Assembly (NCBI GenBank): GCA_965215335.1
Contig: CBDCDA010000002.1
Span: 1 to 64,000, forward strand
Length of the DNA stretch: 64,000 nucleotides
Direction: 5' to 3'
Source of the DNA: an uncultured Candidatus Entotheonella sp.
Lineage (GTDB): Bacteria; Tectomicrobia; Entotheonellia; Entotheonellales; Entotheonellaceae
Part shown: positions 39,466 to 50,833 of the stretch, piece by piece
How the letters are laid out: each line of letters begins with the position of its first letter
Position numbering within the stretch: position 1 is the stretch's first letter
The notes under the pieces: model-generated
What the model saw: only the letters and a program-made list of their open reading frames with translations
Database searches by the model: none
What the model was told of the DNA's origin: nothing
Position numbers and translations under genes: made by a program

Positions 39466-40385
39466 CCTCCCCAAAACCCCGCGTCCGTATCGGAACCCGC
39501 GGCAGTCCGCTGGCTCTCTGGCAAGCGCGTTGGGTGGCGACGGCACTGCAGCTGCACCACGCCGGATTGCAAACCGAAATCGTCGTCATCAGAACGGCTG
39601 GCGACCGCAATCGCCACGACCCCTTGCCACAGATCGGCGGCAAGGGGCTGTTCGTCAAGGATATCGAAGAGGCGCTGCTGCGGGGCGAGATCGAGGTGGC
39701 GGTACACAGCATGAAGGACATGCCAACGGACCTGCCGCATGGGCTGCACGTCGGGGCCGTGCCGCCGCGCGCCGAGGTACGGGACGCCTTTGTCGGCAAG
39801 GACGGCCGGCGGCTGACCCAAATCGCCGGTCCGTGGCGCATCGGCACCGGCAGCCTGCGGCGCCAGGCCCAGTTGCGGGCCTTCTCCGACGCGCTGCAGG
39901 TCTGCGATCTGCGCGGCAATGTTGATACCCGATTGCGCAAACTGCGCCAGGGTGATGTCGAGGGCGTGGTACTGGCGGCCGCGGGTCTGGACCGCTTGGG
40001 ATTGGCATCGGAAATCACCGAACTGCTGCCCATCGATATGATGCTGCCGGCCGCAGGCCAAGGCGCGTTGGCACTGGAAACGGCAGCCGGGCATTGGGTG
40101 GACGACCTGCTGGCACCGTTGAACGATTCCGCCACGGCCAGCGCCGTGGCCGCCGAGCGCGCCGTGCTCCAGCACCTGGGCGGCGGTTGCAGCGTGCCCA
40201 TTGCGGTGCTCGGCCGGTGCCACGACGAGCGCTTGCGTGTGCAAGCCTTGGTCAGCAGCCCCGACGGCCGTCGCGCGCTGCGCCAGGAGATCAGCGGCCC
40301 GCTCGACCAGGCCGTGCCGCTCGGCGAACACCTGGCCGGGCAATTGCACGCCGCCGGCGCCGGTGGCATTCTGCAAGCGCTTTAA
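39462..40385 (+). CDS. hemC: Hydroxymethylbilane synthase
   Basis: IGTRGSPLALWQA, GGKGLFVK, VHSMKD, LRGNVDTRL, LGGGCSVP. Confidence 0.97.
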   Translation: MTSPKPRVRIGTRGSPLALWQARWVATALQLHHAGLQTEIVVIRTAGDRNRHDPLPQIGGKGLFVKDIEEALLRGEIEVAVHSMKDMPTDLPHGLHVGAVPPRAEVRDAFVGKDGRRLTQIAGPWRIGTGSLRRQAQLRAFSDALQVCDLRGNVDTRLRKLRQGDVEGVVLAAAGLDRLGLASEITELLPIDMMLPAAGQGALALETAAGHWVDDLLAPLNDSATASAVAAERAVLQHLGGGCSVPIAVLGRCHDERLRVQALVSSPDGRRALRQEISGPLDQAVPLGEHLAGQLHAAGAGGILQAL

Positions 40386-40441
40386 CCCGGAATCCATGCG
40401 GCTATTGTTCTGAATACTCTCATAAAGAAGGAAGACCGACT

Positions 40442-41425
40442 ATGCGTTTCCCGGCCTACCGGGCGCGTCGGCTGCGCGAGCGGCAAGGGTGGCGCCGTTT
40501 GGTGCAGGAAACGACGTTGAGCCCGAGCGATTTCATCTACCCCATGTTCGTCACCCCGGGCAGCCGGGTGCGTCAGGGGATTTCCTCGCTGCCCGGCCAG
40601 TCTCACCTGTCCGCCGACATGGCCGCCGAAGAGGCCCGAAACGTTGCGGACCACGGCATCCCCGCGGTGCTGCTCTTCGGTCTGCCCGAGAGCAAGGACG
40701 CCATTGGCAGCGAGGCATACAGCAACGCGGGCGCGGTGCAGCAGGCGATTCGGGCCATCAAGCAAGCCGTGCCCGGCTTGCTGGTGATCACCGACGTGTG
40801 CCTGTGCGAATATACCGACCACGGCCATTGTGGCGTTGTGGAAGGCGAACACGTCACCAACGACGCCACCCTGGACCTGCTCTGCCGCACTGCGCTTTCG
40901 CACGTCGAAGCCGGCGCCGACATGGTGGCGCCGTCCGACATGATGGACGGCCGGGTGCAGGCCATCCGCGCCGGCCTCGACGACAAGGGCTATGCGCAAA
41001 TCCCCGTCATGGCCTACGCCGCCAAGTACGCCTCGACCTTTTACGGCCCCTTCCGGGAGGCCGTGCAGTCGGCGCCGCAGTTCGGCGACCGGCGTTCCTA
41101 TCAGATGGCCCCATCCAACGCCCGCGAGGCGCTGCGGGAAGTGCGGCTCGACATCGAGGAAGGCGCCGATATCGTCATGATCAAGCCGGCCCTGCCCTAC
41201 CTCGACGTCATCACGCGGGTCCGGCAGGCCACGGACGTCCCCTTGGCGGCCTACAACGTCAGCGGCGAATACGCCATGGTCAAGGCGGCGGCGGCCAATG
41301 GCTGGCTGGACGAGCCGCGCGCCATCATCGAGGCGCTGACCAGCATCAAGCGCGCCGGGGCCGACATGATCCTCACCTACCACGCCAAGGAAGCGGCTCG
41401 TCTGCTGCCCACCCTGGACTGGTAA
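40442..41425 (+). CDS. hemB: Porphobilinogen synthase (Zn-type)
   Basis: DVCLCEYTDHGHCG, APSDMMDGR, FYGPFR, MIKPALPYLD, AYNVSGEY. Confidence 0.97.
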   Translation: MRFPAYRARRLRERQGWRRLVQETTLSPSDFIYPMFVTPGSRVRQGISSLPGQSHLSADMAAEEARNVADHGIPAVLLFGLPESKDAIGSEAYSNAGAVQQAIRAIKQAVPGLLVITDVCLCEYTDHGHCGVVEGEHVTNDATLDLLCRTALSHVEAGADMVAPSDMMDGRVQAIRAGLDDKGYAQIPVMAYAAKYASTFYGPFREAVQSAPQFGDRRSYQMAPSNAREALREVRLDIEEGADIVMIKPALPYLDVITRVRQATDVPLAAYNVSGEYAMVKAAAANGWLDEPRAIIEALTSIKRAGADMILTYHAKEAARLLPTLDW

Positions 41426-41450
41426 CCGCTGGCCAGCCGGAAGACGACGG

Positions 41451-42009
41451 ATGCGCATCGGGGGCGGAAACAACAAGGGGCGCCGCCTGCAAACGGTCCC
41501 CGGACGGCTGGTGCGCCCCACCAGCGGCCGGGTCCGCCAAGCCCTCTTCAACACGTTGCGGGAATGGGTTCCCGGTAGTATCTTCGTAGACACGTTTGCC
41601 GGCACCGGAAGCGTGGGCCTGGAAGCCCTGAGCCAGGGCGCCAGGCATGTCTATTTCGTGGAAAACGACCCTCGTGCCTTGCTGACCCTGCGCACCAACA
41701 TCAACCATTGCGGCTTCGAGTCGCAGGTAACCATCGTAGCGGCATCGCTGCCCCAGGCGGTGCGGAAGCTGCCGGCGACTCAGCAGGCAGATGTTCTATT
41801 CCTGGACCCGCCTTATGCGTCGGAGTTGGCAGAAGCAACACTCAGCACCTTGGACGATTGCGGCCCTCCTGGCGCCCGCTGGCCTGATCGTCTGGCAGCA
41901 TGCCGTGCGGCACGAACCGCGTGCTCTGTCGGGCTACACCCTTTGGCAAAGCAGGAGTTACGGCAATACCCAGATCTCTTTCCTCACCCCAGCGAAAGGA
42001 CCCCTGTGA
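41451..42009 (+). pseudogene. rsmD: 16S rRNA m2G966 methyltransferase with an apparent +1 frameshift near 41862
   Basis: RPTSGRVRQALFN, FAGTGSVGLEALS, FLDPPY; the natural C-terminus (LLAPAGLIVWQH...RSYGNTQISF) is in another frame ending at 42009. Confidence 0.8.
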
Positions 42010-43088
42010 GCAAGCGCGTGGTGGTGGCGATGAGCGGCGGCGTAGACAGTTCGGTATGCGCCGCCCTGCTGCATGCCCGGGGCTACGAGTGCATCGGCGT
42101 CACCATGAAGCTCTGGGACGGCCCGGAAGCCGTCGAGGGGCATCACAAAACGTGTTGCACGCTGGACGACGTTTCCGACGCGCGACGGGTCGCCGGCCAA
42201 CTGGACATCCCCTTCTACGTAGCCAATTTCAAGGAGCCGTTCACCCGGCACGTCATCGATGATTTCGTGATCTCCTACCAGCGCGGCTATACGCCCAACC
42301 CCTGCGCGCAATGCAACCGCCACCTGAAATTCACCGCCCTGCAGCAGCGGGCGCAGCAGCTTGGCGCCGACCGCGTGGCCACCGGCCATTACGCTAGCGT
42401 GGTGTGCGCCGATGACGGCCGCTACCACATCCGGCGCGGCAGGGATGCCGGCAAGGATCAGTCGTATTTCCTCTTCGACCTGTCCCAGAAGCAGCTGCGC
42501 CACGCGATGTTTCCGCTCGGCGACTTCAGCAAGGACGAGGTGCGGGGGATGGCCGCGCAATTCGGCCTCAAGGTGGCGGCGAAGGCGGAGAGTCAGGAGA
42601 TATGCTTCGTTCCCGGCGGCGATTACCGGACGTTCCTGCGAACCCGGCTGGACGCGGACACCTGTCGACCGGGGCCCATCGTCGATACCGCCGGCAAGGT
42701 GCTCGGCGAGCATCGAGGCCTGCCGTTTTACACCGTGGGCCAGCGGCGTGGCCTGGGCATCGCCGCCGCGCAGCCGCTGCACGTCGTCGGCGTGCAGACG
42801 GCCGACAACACCCTGGTCGTCGGGACGCGGCACGAGGCGACACGGGACGCCTTCACCGTCGAGCGCCTCAACTGGATGCGAACACCCCCCAAACACCCAT
42901 TGCACACTACCGTGCAGATTCGCTACCGGCAGCAACCCATTCCGGCGACGGTGTACCCCGCGGACGGCGCGCAGGCGCGGGTGGTGCTGCGCGAACGGCA
43001 GTTTGCCGTCGCGCCCGGGCAGGCGGCGGTGTTCTATGACGACGGCACCGTCATCGGCGGCGGCTGGATCGCCCGCCATGCGGACTGA
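42006..43088 (+). CDS. mnmA: tRNA 2-thiouridylase
   Basis: GTG start after AAAGGA; VAMSGGVDSS, TPNPC, ATGHY, KDQSYFL, ESQEICF, TVGQRRG, PGQAAVFY. Confidence 0.95.
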   Translation: MSKRVVVAMSGGVDSSVCAALLHARGYECIGVTMKLWDGPEAVEGHHKTCCTLDDVSDARRVAGQLDIPFYVANFKEPFTRHVIDDFVISYQRGYTPNPCAQCNRHLKFTALQQRAQQLGADRVATGHYASVVCADDGRYHIRRGRDAGKDQSYFLFDLSQKQLRHAMFPLGDFSKDEVRGMAAQFGLKVAAKAESQEICFVPGGDYRTFLRTRLDADTCRPGPIVDTAGKVLGEHRGLPFYTVGQRRGLGIAAAQPLHVVGVQTADNTLVVGTRHEATRDAFTVERLNWMRTPPKHPLHTTVQIRYRQQPIPATVYPADGAQARVVLRERQFAVAPGQAAVFYDDGTVIGGGWIARHAD

Positions 43089-43103
43089 AAGGAGGGATGC
43101 GAA

Positions 43104-43386
43104 ATGCCGTTGATTGATACGCCGACGCTCAAGACGGACCTGCTTGACGGCGGCATGCCGGAACCGCAGGCAGCGGCGATTGTCAAGGCATTGGCGAATG
43201 CTGATGTCGGACAGTTGGCTACGAAAGCAGACCTTGCCGACGTGCGCACGGAGATTGAGGCGCTGCAGTCGGAGATGAGTACAAAAAATCGAGGCGCTGT
43301 GGGGCGACAACAAGCCGCTGCGCTGGATGGGCGGCGCCATCCTGGCCTTTCAATTGCTCGTGCTCGGCAAGCTGTTTTTTGCATGA
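43104..43386 (+). pseudogene. DUF1640-like coiled-coil protein with a frameshift in an A6 tract
   Basis: IDT...GGMPEPQAAAIVKAL...LATKADL; removing one A at 43283-43288 restores IEALWGDNKPLRWMGGAILAFQLLVLGKLFFA*. Confidence 0.75.
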
Positions 43387-43534
43387 GTGCTTTCTCGGGG
43401 CTTGAACGAGCGGGCACAGATGCCCTGCGGCGCGGTCTGACACCGATTTCCCCTGTTTTTCGAAATCGGCCCGCAACCCGTCGAGTTCAACCGCGCAGTT
43501 TGCGCTGACAGACCCTGTCAGCAGGAGGGAAGTC

Positions 43535-43993
43535 ATGGCAGCAGAACATTCGCCGGAGGAACAGGGAGAGCGGAGCTTCGTCGTTTCCGACAAGCGACTG
43601 TTCAGTCCTTCCGGGGAGAGAATAACAGACACCAGCCCGCCTGAGCCTGCCGAGTCCGAAACCCCACCGACGCTCAAACAGGAAGAACCCGCAGCGGCCA
43701 CACGGACGTCACCGGCGGAGGCCGCCGCCCCGCAGGATCTGTCACCGGTCGATTTCGCCTCCTTCGTGATGATGCTGACCAACAATGTGATGGTTTCCCT
43801 GGGCCAGGCGCCCAACCCGCTGACCCAGCAGCCGCAGGTCGATCTGGCGCAGGCGCAACACACCATCGACATCATCATGATGCTGCGGGAAAAGACCCGC
43901 GGCAATCTGACCGCCGAGGAAGATCGCTTTCTGCAGGACTTGCTCCCGCAACTGCAAATGGCCTACGTTCAGGCCAAGCAGCAAGCTGGATAA
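43535..43993 (+). CDS. DUF1844 family protein
   Basis: FVVSDKR, DFASFVMML, SLGQAPNP, DLAQAQHTIDIIMMLREKTRGNLT. Confidence 0.88.
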   Translation: MAAEHSPEEQGERSFVVSDKRLFSPSGERITDTSPPEPAESETPPTLKQEEPAAATRTSPAEAAAPQDLSPVDFASFVMMLTNNVMVSLGQAPNPLTQQPQVDLAQAQHTIDIIMMLREKTRGNLTAEEDRFLQDLLPQLQMAYVQAKQQAG

Positions 43994-44012
43994 AAACACG
44001 GAAGGACGCGCT

Positions 44013-45821
44013 GTGGGACGAGTGCAGACGCTGCCCGAGGGGGTGATCAATCACATTGCCGCCGGCGAGGTGGTGGAGCGCCCGGCCTCCATCGTCAAGG
44101 AACTGCTCGAAAACGCCCTGGACGCGCAGGCGCAGACCATCAAGGTGGCGGTGCAAAAGGGCGGCGTCGAACTGATTCAGGTGGATGACGACGGCGTCGG
44201 CATGGATGCCGACGACTCGGTGCGGTGTTTCACCCGTCATGCGACCAGCAAGATAACCACCTTGGCGGATCTCGACGACCTGACGACTCTCGGTTTCCGC
44301 GGTGAAGCGCTGCCCAGCATCGCGTCAGTCTCCCGCCTTCACCTGGTCACACGATGCCAGGCAGCCAAGGCCGCGACGCGCGTCAGGATAGACGGCGGCG
44401 AGCTTGCTGGGGTGGAAACCTGCGGCGCCCCGCCGGGCACCTCCATACGGGTCAGCGAGCTTTTCTACAACACCCCCGCCCGCCTGAAATTCCTCAAGCA
44501 TCCCACCACCGAGGCCAGCCATATCACGCAGTGCTTCACCGGCCTGGCGTTGCTGGCGCAGCACGTCCACATGAGCCTCCATCTGAATGACCGGCTGCAC
44601 ACTCAGGCGCCGGCAGGGAGCCTCGGTGAGCGCCTCGAGGCGATCTTCGGGGCGGGTCTGCAACAGGAGCTTCTGCCGCTGGACGACAACGCGGACAGCC
44701 TGCAAGTGCACGGCTTTATCGCCAAGGCAACCTTTCACCGCGCCACGCGGCGGCAGCAGTTCCTGTTCGTCAACGGGCGCCTGGTGCAAAGCCGCCCGAT
44801 CAGCCACGCGCTCTATGAGGCCTACCGAACACTGCTGCCACGGGACCGCCATCCGGTGAGCTTCCTGTTTCTTGCCCTGCCCGGCAGCGACGTTGACGTG
44901 AACGTGCATCCGGCCAAGCTCGAGGTGCGCTTTCGGCAGGAGGCGCGCCTGTACGACCATTTGCGGCGTCTCTTCCAACGACGCTTGCAGGCGAGTCTCA
45001 GCGCCCCTGTTCCGGACGCCGCAGGTAACGGCCAGGCGACGTTCTCGACCCCCGATCCAGCCGTCCGCAGCAACGTGCCGATGATGTGGCAGACAGACCG
45101 GGCCGGCGCCTCCGAGCCGCGGGTGGAACCCGACGTGCCCGACCCGTCCCCGCCTGCTGGCTGGCCCGCGCCCACCGAACCGGCGCCAGGGCTCAATCTC
45201 TACGCCGGCTATCCGGAGGCTAACCGTGTCATCCTGGAAGGACGTCCGGTGGGGCAACTGCACGATACCTACGTTCTGCTACAATACCCGGGTGGCGTAA
45301 TGTTCGTCGACCAGCACGCGGCCCACGAACGCGTCATCTACGAACGCCTGCGCGCCCAAATGCACGACGGCCCGGTGGCGTCGCAGCGGCTGCTGTTCCC
45401 GGCCACGCTCGATCTGGGCGCCACCGACCCGCAATGGGTGGAGGGTTCCCTGCCGCAACTGAAAGCGCTCGGTTTCAGCCTGGAACATTTTGGCGGCAGC
45501 ACCTTTCGCCTGCTCAGCGTGCCAGCCGTGCTCGCCGGCCGTGACTATGCCGCCGCCTTGATGGACATTCTCGAAACGCTGCGCTCACCCACCGTCGAAG
45601 ACGTGTTTGAGGAGGGCCTGCCGAGGCTCTTCCACCGCCTGCTGACGGTCACTGCCTGTCATGCCGCCCTTCGCGCCCACCAGCGCCTGCAAGATGAAGA
45701 AATGCGCGCCCTGATGCACGATTTGGCGCGCAGCAACATGCCGTTCACCTGCCCGCATGGCCGTCCCGTGCTGCTGCACGTCGCCCTGTCCGATATCGAA
45801 AAAAAATTCCTGCGGTGTTAG
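44013..45821 (+). CDS. mutL: DNA mismatch repair endonuclease
   Basis: [59 protein letters not shown]. Confidence 0.97.
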   Translation: MGRVQTLPEGVINHIAAGEVVERPASIVKELLENALDAQAQTIKVAVQKGGVELIQVDDDGVGMDADDSVRCFTRHATSKITTLADLDDLTTLGFRGEALPSIASVSRLHLVTRCQAAKAATRVRIDGGELAGVETCGAPPGTSIRVSELFYNTPARLKFLKHPTTEASHITQCFTGLALLAQHVHMSLHLNDRLHTQAPAGSLGERLEAIFGAGLQQELLPLDDNADSLQVHGFIAKATFHRATRRQQFLFVNGRLVQSRPISHALYEAYRTLLPRDRHPVSFLFLALPGSDVDVNVHPAKLEVRFRQEARLYDHLRRLFQRRLQASLSAPVPDAAGNGQATFSTPDPAVRSNVPMMWQTDRAGASEPRVEPDVPDPSPPAGWPAPTEPAPGLNLYAGYPEANRVILEGRPVGQLHDTYVLLQYPGGVMFVDQHAAHERVIYERLRAQMHDGPVASQRLLFPATLDLGATDPQWVEGSLPQLKALGFSLEHFGGSTFRLLSVPAVLAGRDYAAALMDILETLRSPTVEDVFEEGLPRLFHRLLTVTACHAALRAHQRLQDEEMRALMHDLARSNMPFTCPHGRPVLLHVALSDIEKKFLRC

Positions 45822-45859
45822 AACACCGTTCACGCCTGCGGTTCCAGAAGGAGGTCACC

Positions 45860-47323
45860 ATGCTCGAAGAATCCCTGCCCGAGGGCCTGACGTTTGACGA
45901 CGTGCTGCTGCTACCCGCCCATTCGGACGTGCTGCCGCGCGACACCGACGTGTCGACGCTGCTGACCAGCGACATTGAACTCAACATCCCGCTGCTCAGC
46001 GCGGCGATGGATACGGTCACCGAGGCCAATCTCGCCATCGCCCTGGCGCAGGAAGGCGGTATCGGCATCATCCACAAGAATCTCGGCATCGAGGCGCAGA
46101 CCGCCGAGGTCGACAAGGTCAAGCGCTCCGAGAGCGGCATGATCGTGGATCCGATCACCATGGCGCCGCACCAGCGGGTGCAGGAGGCCATCGAGGTGAT
46201 GACGCGCTACCGGATTTCCGGCATCCCCATCACCGAGGGGCCGAAACTGGCAGGGATTCTCACGAACCGCGACCTGCGCTTCGTGACCGATTTGCAGCAG
46301 CCGGTGGCCGCCCTGATGACGTCCGAAAACCTCGTCACGGCGCCGCAGGGCACCAGCCTGGACGAGGCGCAGAAATTGCTGCACCAGCACCGCATCGAGA
46401 AACTCCTGGTTGTGGACGACGCCTTTCATCTGAAAGGGCTGATCACCATCAAGGACATCGAGAAACGCCGGCGCTATCCCCTGGCCTGCAAGGATGCCCT
46501 GGGCCGCTTGCGCGTCGGGGCGGCGGTCGGCCTCGGGGAGGACCGGCCCGAGCGGCTGGCGGAACTGGAGCGTTACGGCGTCGACGTGGTGGTGGTCGAC
46601 TCGGCTCACGGTCATGCCACCAGTGTCCTGGCGGCCGTCGAGGAGGCCAAGAAGATGTCCCCCGGCCTGCAGGTCATCGGCGGCAACGTCGCCACTGCGG
46701 CGGCGACTAACGCGCTCATCAACGCCGGCGCCGACGCGGTGAAGGTCGGTATGGGGCCGTCGTCCATTTGCACGACGCGCGTGGTGGCGGGCATCGGTGT
46801 GCCGCAGCTGACGGCGGTCGCCGAGTGCGCCAAGGTGGGCGAGCGATTCGGTATTCCCATTATTGCCGACGGCGGCATCAAGTACTCGGGCGACATCGTC
46901 AAGGCGCTGGCGGCCGGGGCTTCCTGCGTGATGATCGGCAGCATTTTCGCGGGCACCGAAGAGAGTCCGGGCGAGCGCGTTTTGTATCAGGGCCGCAGTT
47001 ACAAGACGTATCGCGGCATGGGCTCCCTCGGCGCCATGTCCGGCGGCAAGGGGGACCGCTATTTTCAGGGCGACGAGAAACAGACAAGCAAGCTGGTGCC
47101 GGAGGGCATTGAGGGACGCATCCCGTACAAGGGCGTGCTGGCGGACGTGGTGTATCAGCTCGTCGGCGGCGTGCGCGCCGGGATGGGCTACTGCGGCTGC
47201 GGCACCCTGGCCGCCCTGCGTCGCGACAGCCGCTTCATTCGCATCACCAATGCCGGCTTGCGGGAGAGCCACGTGCATGACGTCATCGTCACGCAGGAAG
47301 CGCCGAATTATCAGGCCGAGTAG
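45860..47323 (+). CDS. guaB: IMP dehydrogenase
   Basis: [20 protein letters not shown] pair, [23 protein letters not shown]. Confidence 0.97.
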   Translation: MLEESLPEGLTFDDVLLLPAHSDVLPRDTDVSTLLTSDIELNIPLLSAAMDTVTEANLAIALAQEGGIGIIHKNLGIEAQTAEVDKVKRSESGMIVDPITMAPHQRVQEAIEVMTRYRISGIPITEGPKLAGILTNRDLRFVTDLQQPVAALMTSENLVTAPQGTSLDEAQKLLHQHRIEKLLVVDDAFHLKGLITIKDIEKRRRYPLACKDALGRLRVGAAVGLGEDRPERLAELERYGVDVVVVDSAHGHATSVLAAVEEAKKMSPGLQVIGGNVATAAATNALINAGADAVKVGMGPSSICTTRVVAGIGVPQLTAVAECAKVGERFGIPIIADGGIKYSGDIVKALAAGASCVMIGSIFAGTEESPGERVLYQGRSYKTYRGMGSLGAMSGGKGDRYFQGDEKQTSKLVPEGIEGRIPYKGVLADVVYQLVGGVRAGMGYCGCGTLAALRRDSRFIRITNAGLRESHVHDVIVTQEAPNYQAE

Positions 47324-47352
47324 CGCAGCACATCCGAGGAAAAGGTGCATTC

Positions 47353-50300
47353 ATGGGGCCACAGAATTTCGTTCATCTTCACCTGCACACCGAGTTCAGC
47401 CTGCTGGATGGGGCGAACCGCATCGACGAACTCCTGGACCGCGCCGAGGAACTGCGCATGCCGGCCGTGGCCATCACCGACCACGGCAACATGTTCGGCG
47501 CCATGAAATTCTACAAGGCGGCGCAGGCGCGCGGCATCAAGCCGATCCTGGGCTGCGAGACTTACGTGGCGCCGACCACGCGCTTCGACCGCAGCCGCCA
47601 GGGCATCGGCTCGGCGGCGCATCACCTGACGCTGCTGGCCCGCAACTACACCGGCTATCAAAACCTCTCCAGGCTCCTGAGCAAGGCGTTCCTGGAGGGT
47701 TTTTATTATCGCCCGCGCATCGACAAGGAACTCCTGGCCGAACACGCCGAAGGGTTGATCGGTCTCACGGGCTGCCTCAAGGGCGAGGTCAACGGCCACA
47801 TCCTCAACGGCAACCTCAAGCAGGCGGCGGACGCGATCGACAGTTATCGTCAAATCCTGGGGCGCGACAACGTGTACCTGGAACTCATGGATCACGGCGT
47901 CGACGGTCAGCGCCACGCCAACACCGAGCTCCTGAGGTTCGGCAAGGACTTCGGCCTGCCGGTCGTCGCCACCAATGATTGCCACTATCTGCGCAAAGAA
48001 GATGCCTCGCCGCACGACGTGCTGATGTGCATCGGTACCGGCAAGAGCGTGCACGATACCCAACGCATGCGTTATGCGCAGGAGGAGTTCTACGTCAAGA
48101 CCCCGGAGGAGATGTACCGCGTCTTTGCCGAGGTGCCGGAGGCATGCACCAATACGCTGCTGATCGCGGAGCGCTGCGATCTGCAGTTGCCGTTCGACAA
48201 GTCCCTGTTGCCCCGTTATCAGACGCCGGACGGCGTGGCGCTCGACGCCTATCTGGAGCAGGTTGCCCGCCAAGGGCTGGAAGCGCGCCTGGCACAGGCG
48301 CGCAGCGGCGGCGAGCGCAAGCACGATGACCAGGCCTACCAGCAGCGGCTCGACAAGGAACTCGACATCATCTGCGACACCGGCTATTCGGGGTACTTCC
48401 TGATCGTCTGGGACTTCATCCGGTATGCCCGCGAGCACGACATCCCGGTGGGTCCGGGGCGGGGATCGGTGGCCGGCAGCCTGGTCGCCTACGCGCTGCG
48501 TATCACCGACGTCGACCCGCTCGGCTATGACCTGCTGTTCGAGCGTTTCCTGAACCCCGAACGCGTCACCATGCCCGACATCGACATCGACTTCTGCATG
48601 GAGCGGCGCGATGAGGTGATCCGCTACGTCACCGAGAAATACGGCGCCGCAAACGTCGCCCAGATCATCACCTTCGGCACCATGCTGGCCAAGGGCGTCC
48701 TGCGCGACGTGGGGCGCGCCATGGACATGCCGTACAGCGAAGTGGACCGCATCGCCAAGCTGATACCGAACCGCTTGAATGTGTCGCTCGACGATGCCAT
48801 GCAGGAGGAGCCGCGGCTGCGTGAGATACAGGAACGGGACCCGCAGGTGGCACGCCTGATCGACACGGCGCGGCGGTTGGAGGGCCTGTCACGGCATGCC
48901 TCGGTGCACGCCGCCGGGGTGGTGATTTCGCCCGAACCCCTGCACAACATCGTGCCGCTGTCCAAGGGCGCCAAGGACGAAGTGGTCACCCAGTACACGA
49001 TGGACGACGTGGAGGGCATGGGTCTTCTGAAAATGGACTTCCTTGGTCTGCGTACCCTCACGGTGATCCACAACACGGTCAGGATGATCAAGGAAAATCG
49101 GGGCATCGAGATCGACAGCAACGACCTGCCTCTTGACGACGCGCCGACCTACGATCTGCTGTCCGGAGCGCGCACCGTTGGCATCTTTCAGCTCGAAGGA
49201 CGCGGGGTGCGCGACCTGCTGCGCAAGCTCCAGCCCGAGGTCTTCGAAGACCTGGTGGCCCTGGTGGCGCTCTACCGTCCCGGCCCGTTGGGCAGCGGCA
49301 TGGTGGACGATTTCATCGAGCGCCGGCATGGTCGGCGGAGCATCACCTACGAGGTGCCGGCCCTGGAGCCGATCCTGCGCTCGACATACGGCGTCATCGT
49401 CTTCCAGGAACAGGTGATGCAGATCGCCACCACCCTGGCCGGCTTCACCCCCGGCGGTGCCGACCTGCTGCGCCGCGCCATGGGCAAGAAAAAGGCCGAG
49501 GTCATGGACGAGCAGCGCGAGCACTTCGTCCAGGGCGCGGTGCAAAACGGCTACGCGGCGGAACAGGCAGGGCGCATTTTTGACCTCATGGCCTACTTCG
49601 CCGGCTACGGCTTCAACCGCAGCCACAGCGTCGCCTACGCCCTCCTGGCGTATTGCACGGCCTACCTCAAGGCCCATTTCCCGAACGAATTCATGGCCGC
49701 GCTGATGGGCTGCGACATGGAAAACACCGACAAGCTGATGCGATACGTCGGCGATTGCCGAGACATGGGGCTGACGACATTGGCGCCCAACATCAACGAT
49801 GGGCTCTACGGCTTTGCGGTCGGCGGCGAGCAACTGCGCTTCGGCTTGGGTGCCGTCAAGGGCGTCGGGCAAAACGCCGTTGCGTCGATTATCGAAGAGC
49901 GCGAGGCGAACGGACCTTATCAGTCGTTCTTCGACCTGTGCGAGCGGCTGGATTTTCGACAGGTCAACCGCAAGGTCATTGAGGGTCTGATCAAGAGCGG
50001 CGCCCTGGACTGTCTGGGCCTGCCGCGCTGGGACATGCTGGGCAACATGGCCTCCGTGCTGGAGTGGGCGCAGCGTCAGCAGACGGATCGGCAGGAGGGA
50101 CAAATCAGCCTGTTCGGCCACGGTGCCGGAGGCGCCGTGGCCACGGCGCCGACTATTGATGCCGTGACGGCGTGGCGCAGCAGTGAGCAGCTGGCCTACG
50201 AAAAGGAAGCTCTGGGATTTTACTTCAGCAGTCATCCGCTGATGGCGGTGCAGGACGCATGGCGCCGCCTGGTCAGCACGACCAGCCGCGAGCTCGCCGA

Positions 50301-50811
50301 TTGCCACGGCGGGCAGTCAGTCACCGTCGGCGGCATCGTCACCCAGCACCGCTCGCAACTCACCAAGAAGGGCGACCGCATGGCCTTCCTGACCCTCGAA
50401 GACCTGCACGGCAGCCTTGAGGTGATCGTTTTCCCCGACGTGTATCGAGACAGTATCAGCGTCTGTGAGAGTGACGCGCCGCTCATCGTCTGGGGCAAGG
50501 TGGAGGGTGACAACAGTGACGGGCGCCTCATCGCCCAACGTATCGTGCCCCTGAAGGATGCGGCGACGCTGGGCGAATTCAGGCGCCTGACGCTGACCCT
50601 GGTGGGCCACCTGGAGCAACACACGCTGCTGCAGGTGCGCGACCTGCTGGCCCGGACCCCCGGAAACTGCGGCGTCATGCTGGCGCTGCACTTTGCCGAT
50701 GGCGACCACATGAGCCTGCGCGCCGACAATCAATTCAACGTCACACCGTCCATGGACCTGCTGGCAAAGTTGGAGGACCTCTTGGGGGCGGACAATGTAC
50801 AAGTGGCTTGA
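47353..50811 (+). CDS. dnaE: DNA polymerase III alpha subunit
   Basis: PHP domain HLHLHTEFSLLDG, GPGRGS, FERFLNPER, PDIDIDF, KMDFLGL, C-terminal OB fold. Confidence 0.98.
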   Translation: MGPQNFVHLHLHTEFSLLDGANRIDELLDRAEELRMPAVAITDHGNMFGAMKFYKAAQARGIKPILGCETYVAPTTRFDRSRQGIGSAAHHLTLLARNYTGYQNLSRLLSKAFLEGFYYRPRIDKELLAEHAEGLIGLTGCLKGEVNGHILNGNLKQAADAIDSYRQILGRDNVYLELMDHGVDGQRHANTELLRFGKDFGLPVVATNDCHYLRKEDASPHDVLMCIGTGKSVHDTQRMRYAQEEFYVKTPEEMYRVFAEVPEACTNTLLIAERCDLQLPFDKSLLPRYQTPDGVALDAYLEQVARQGLEARLAQARSGGERKHDDQAYQQRLDKELDIICDTGYSGYFLIVWDFIRYAREHDIPVGPGRGSVAGSLVAYALRITDVDPLGYDLLFERFLNPERVTMPDIDIDFCMERRDEVIRYVTEKYGAANVAQIITFGTMLAKGVLRDVGRAMDMPYSEVDRIAKLIPNRLNVSLDDAMQEEPRLREIQERDPQVARLIDTARRLEGLSRHASVHAAGVVISPEPLHNIVPLSKGAKDEVVTQYTMDDVEGMGLLKMDFLGLRTLTVIHNTVRMIKENRGIEIDSNDLPLDDAPTYDLLSGARTVGIFQLEGRGVRDLLRKLQPEVFEDLVALVALYRPGPLGSGMVDDFIERRHGRRSITYEVPALEPILRSTYGVIVFQEQVMQIATTLAGFTPGGADLLRRAMGKKKAEVMDEQREHFVQGAVQNGYAAEQAGRIFDLMAYFAGYGFNRSHSVAYALLAYCTAYLKAHFPNEFMAALMGCDMENTDKLMRYVGDCRDMGLTTLAPNINDGLYGFAVGGEQLRFGLGAVKGVGQNAVASIIEEREANGPYQSFFDLCERLDFRQVNRKVIEGLIKSGALDCLGLPRWDMLGNMASVLEWAQRQQTDRQEGQISLFGHGAGGAVATAPTIDAVTAWRSSEQLAYEKEALGFYFSSHPLMAVQDAWRRLVSTTSRELADCHGGQSVTVGGIVTQHRSQLTKKGDRMAFLTLEDLHGSLEVIVFPDVYRDSISVCESDAPLIVWGKVEGDNSDGRLIAQRIVPLKDAATLGEFRRLTLTLVGHLEQHTLLQVRDLLARTPGNCGVMLALHFADGDHMSLRADNQFNVTPSMDLLAKLEDLLGADNVQVA

Positions 50812-50833
50812 AAGCGCCGGCTTGGAAGGTGTC

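Noticed and set aside
41451..43088. 545-aa RsmD-MnmA ORF as a genuine conserved fusion
   Set aside because: The linker is out-of-frame rsmD sequence and mnmA has its own RBS and start
43443..43522. Two small hairpins upstream of the DUF1844 gene
   Set aside because: Short stems with no recognisable RNA family; could be chance
47353..50811. Intein in dnaE
   Set aside because: Normal length and no intein splice motifs or insertion seen
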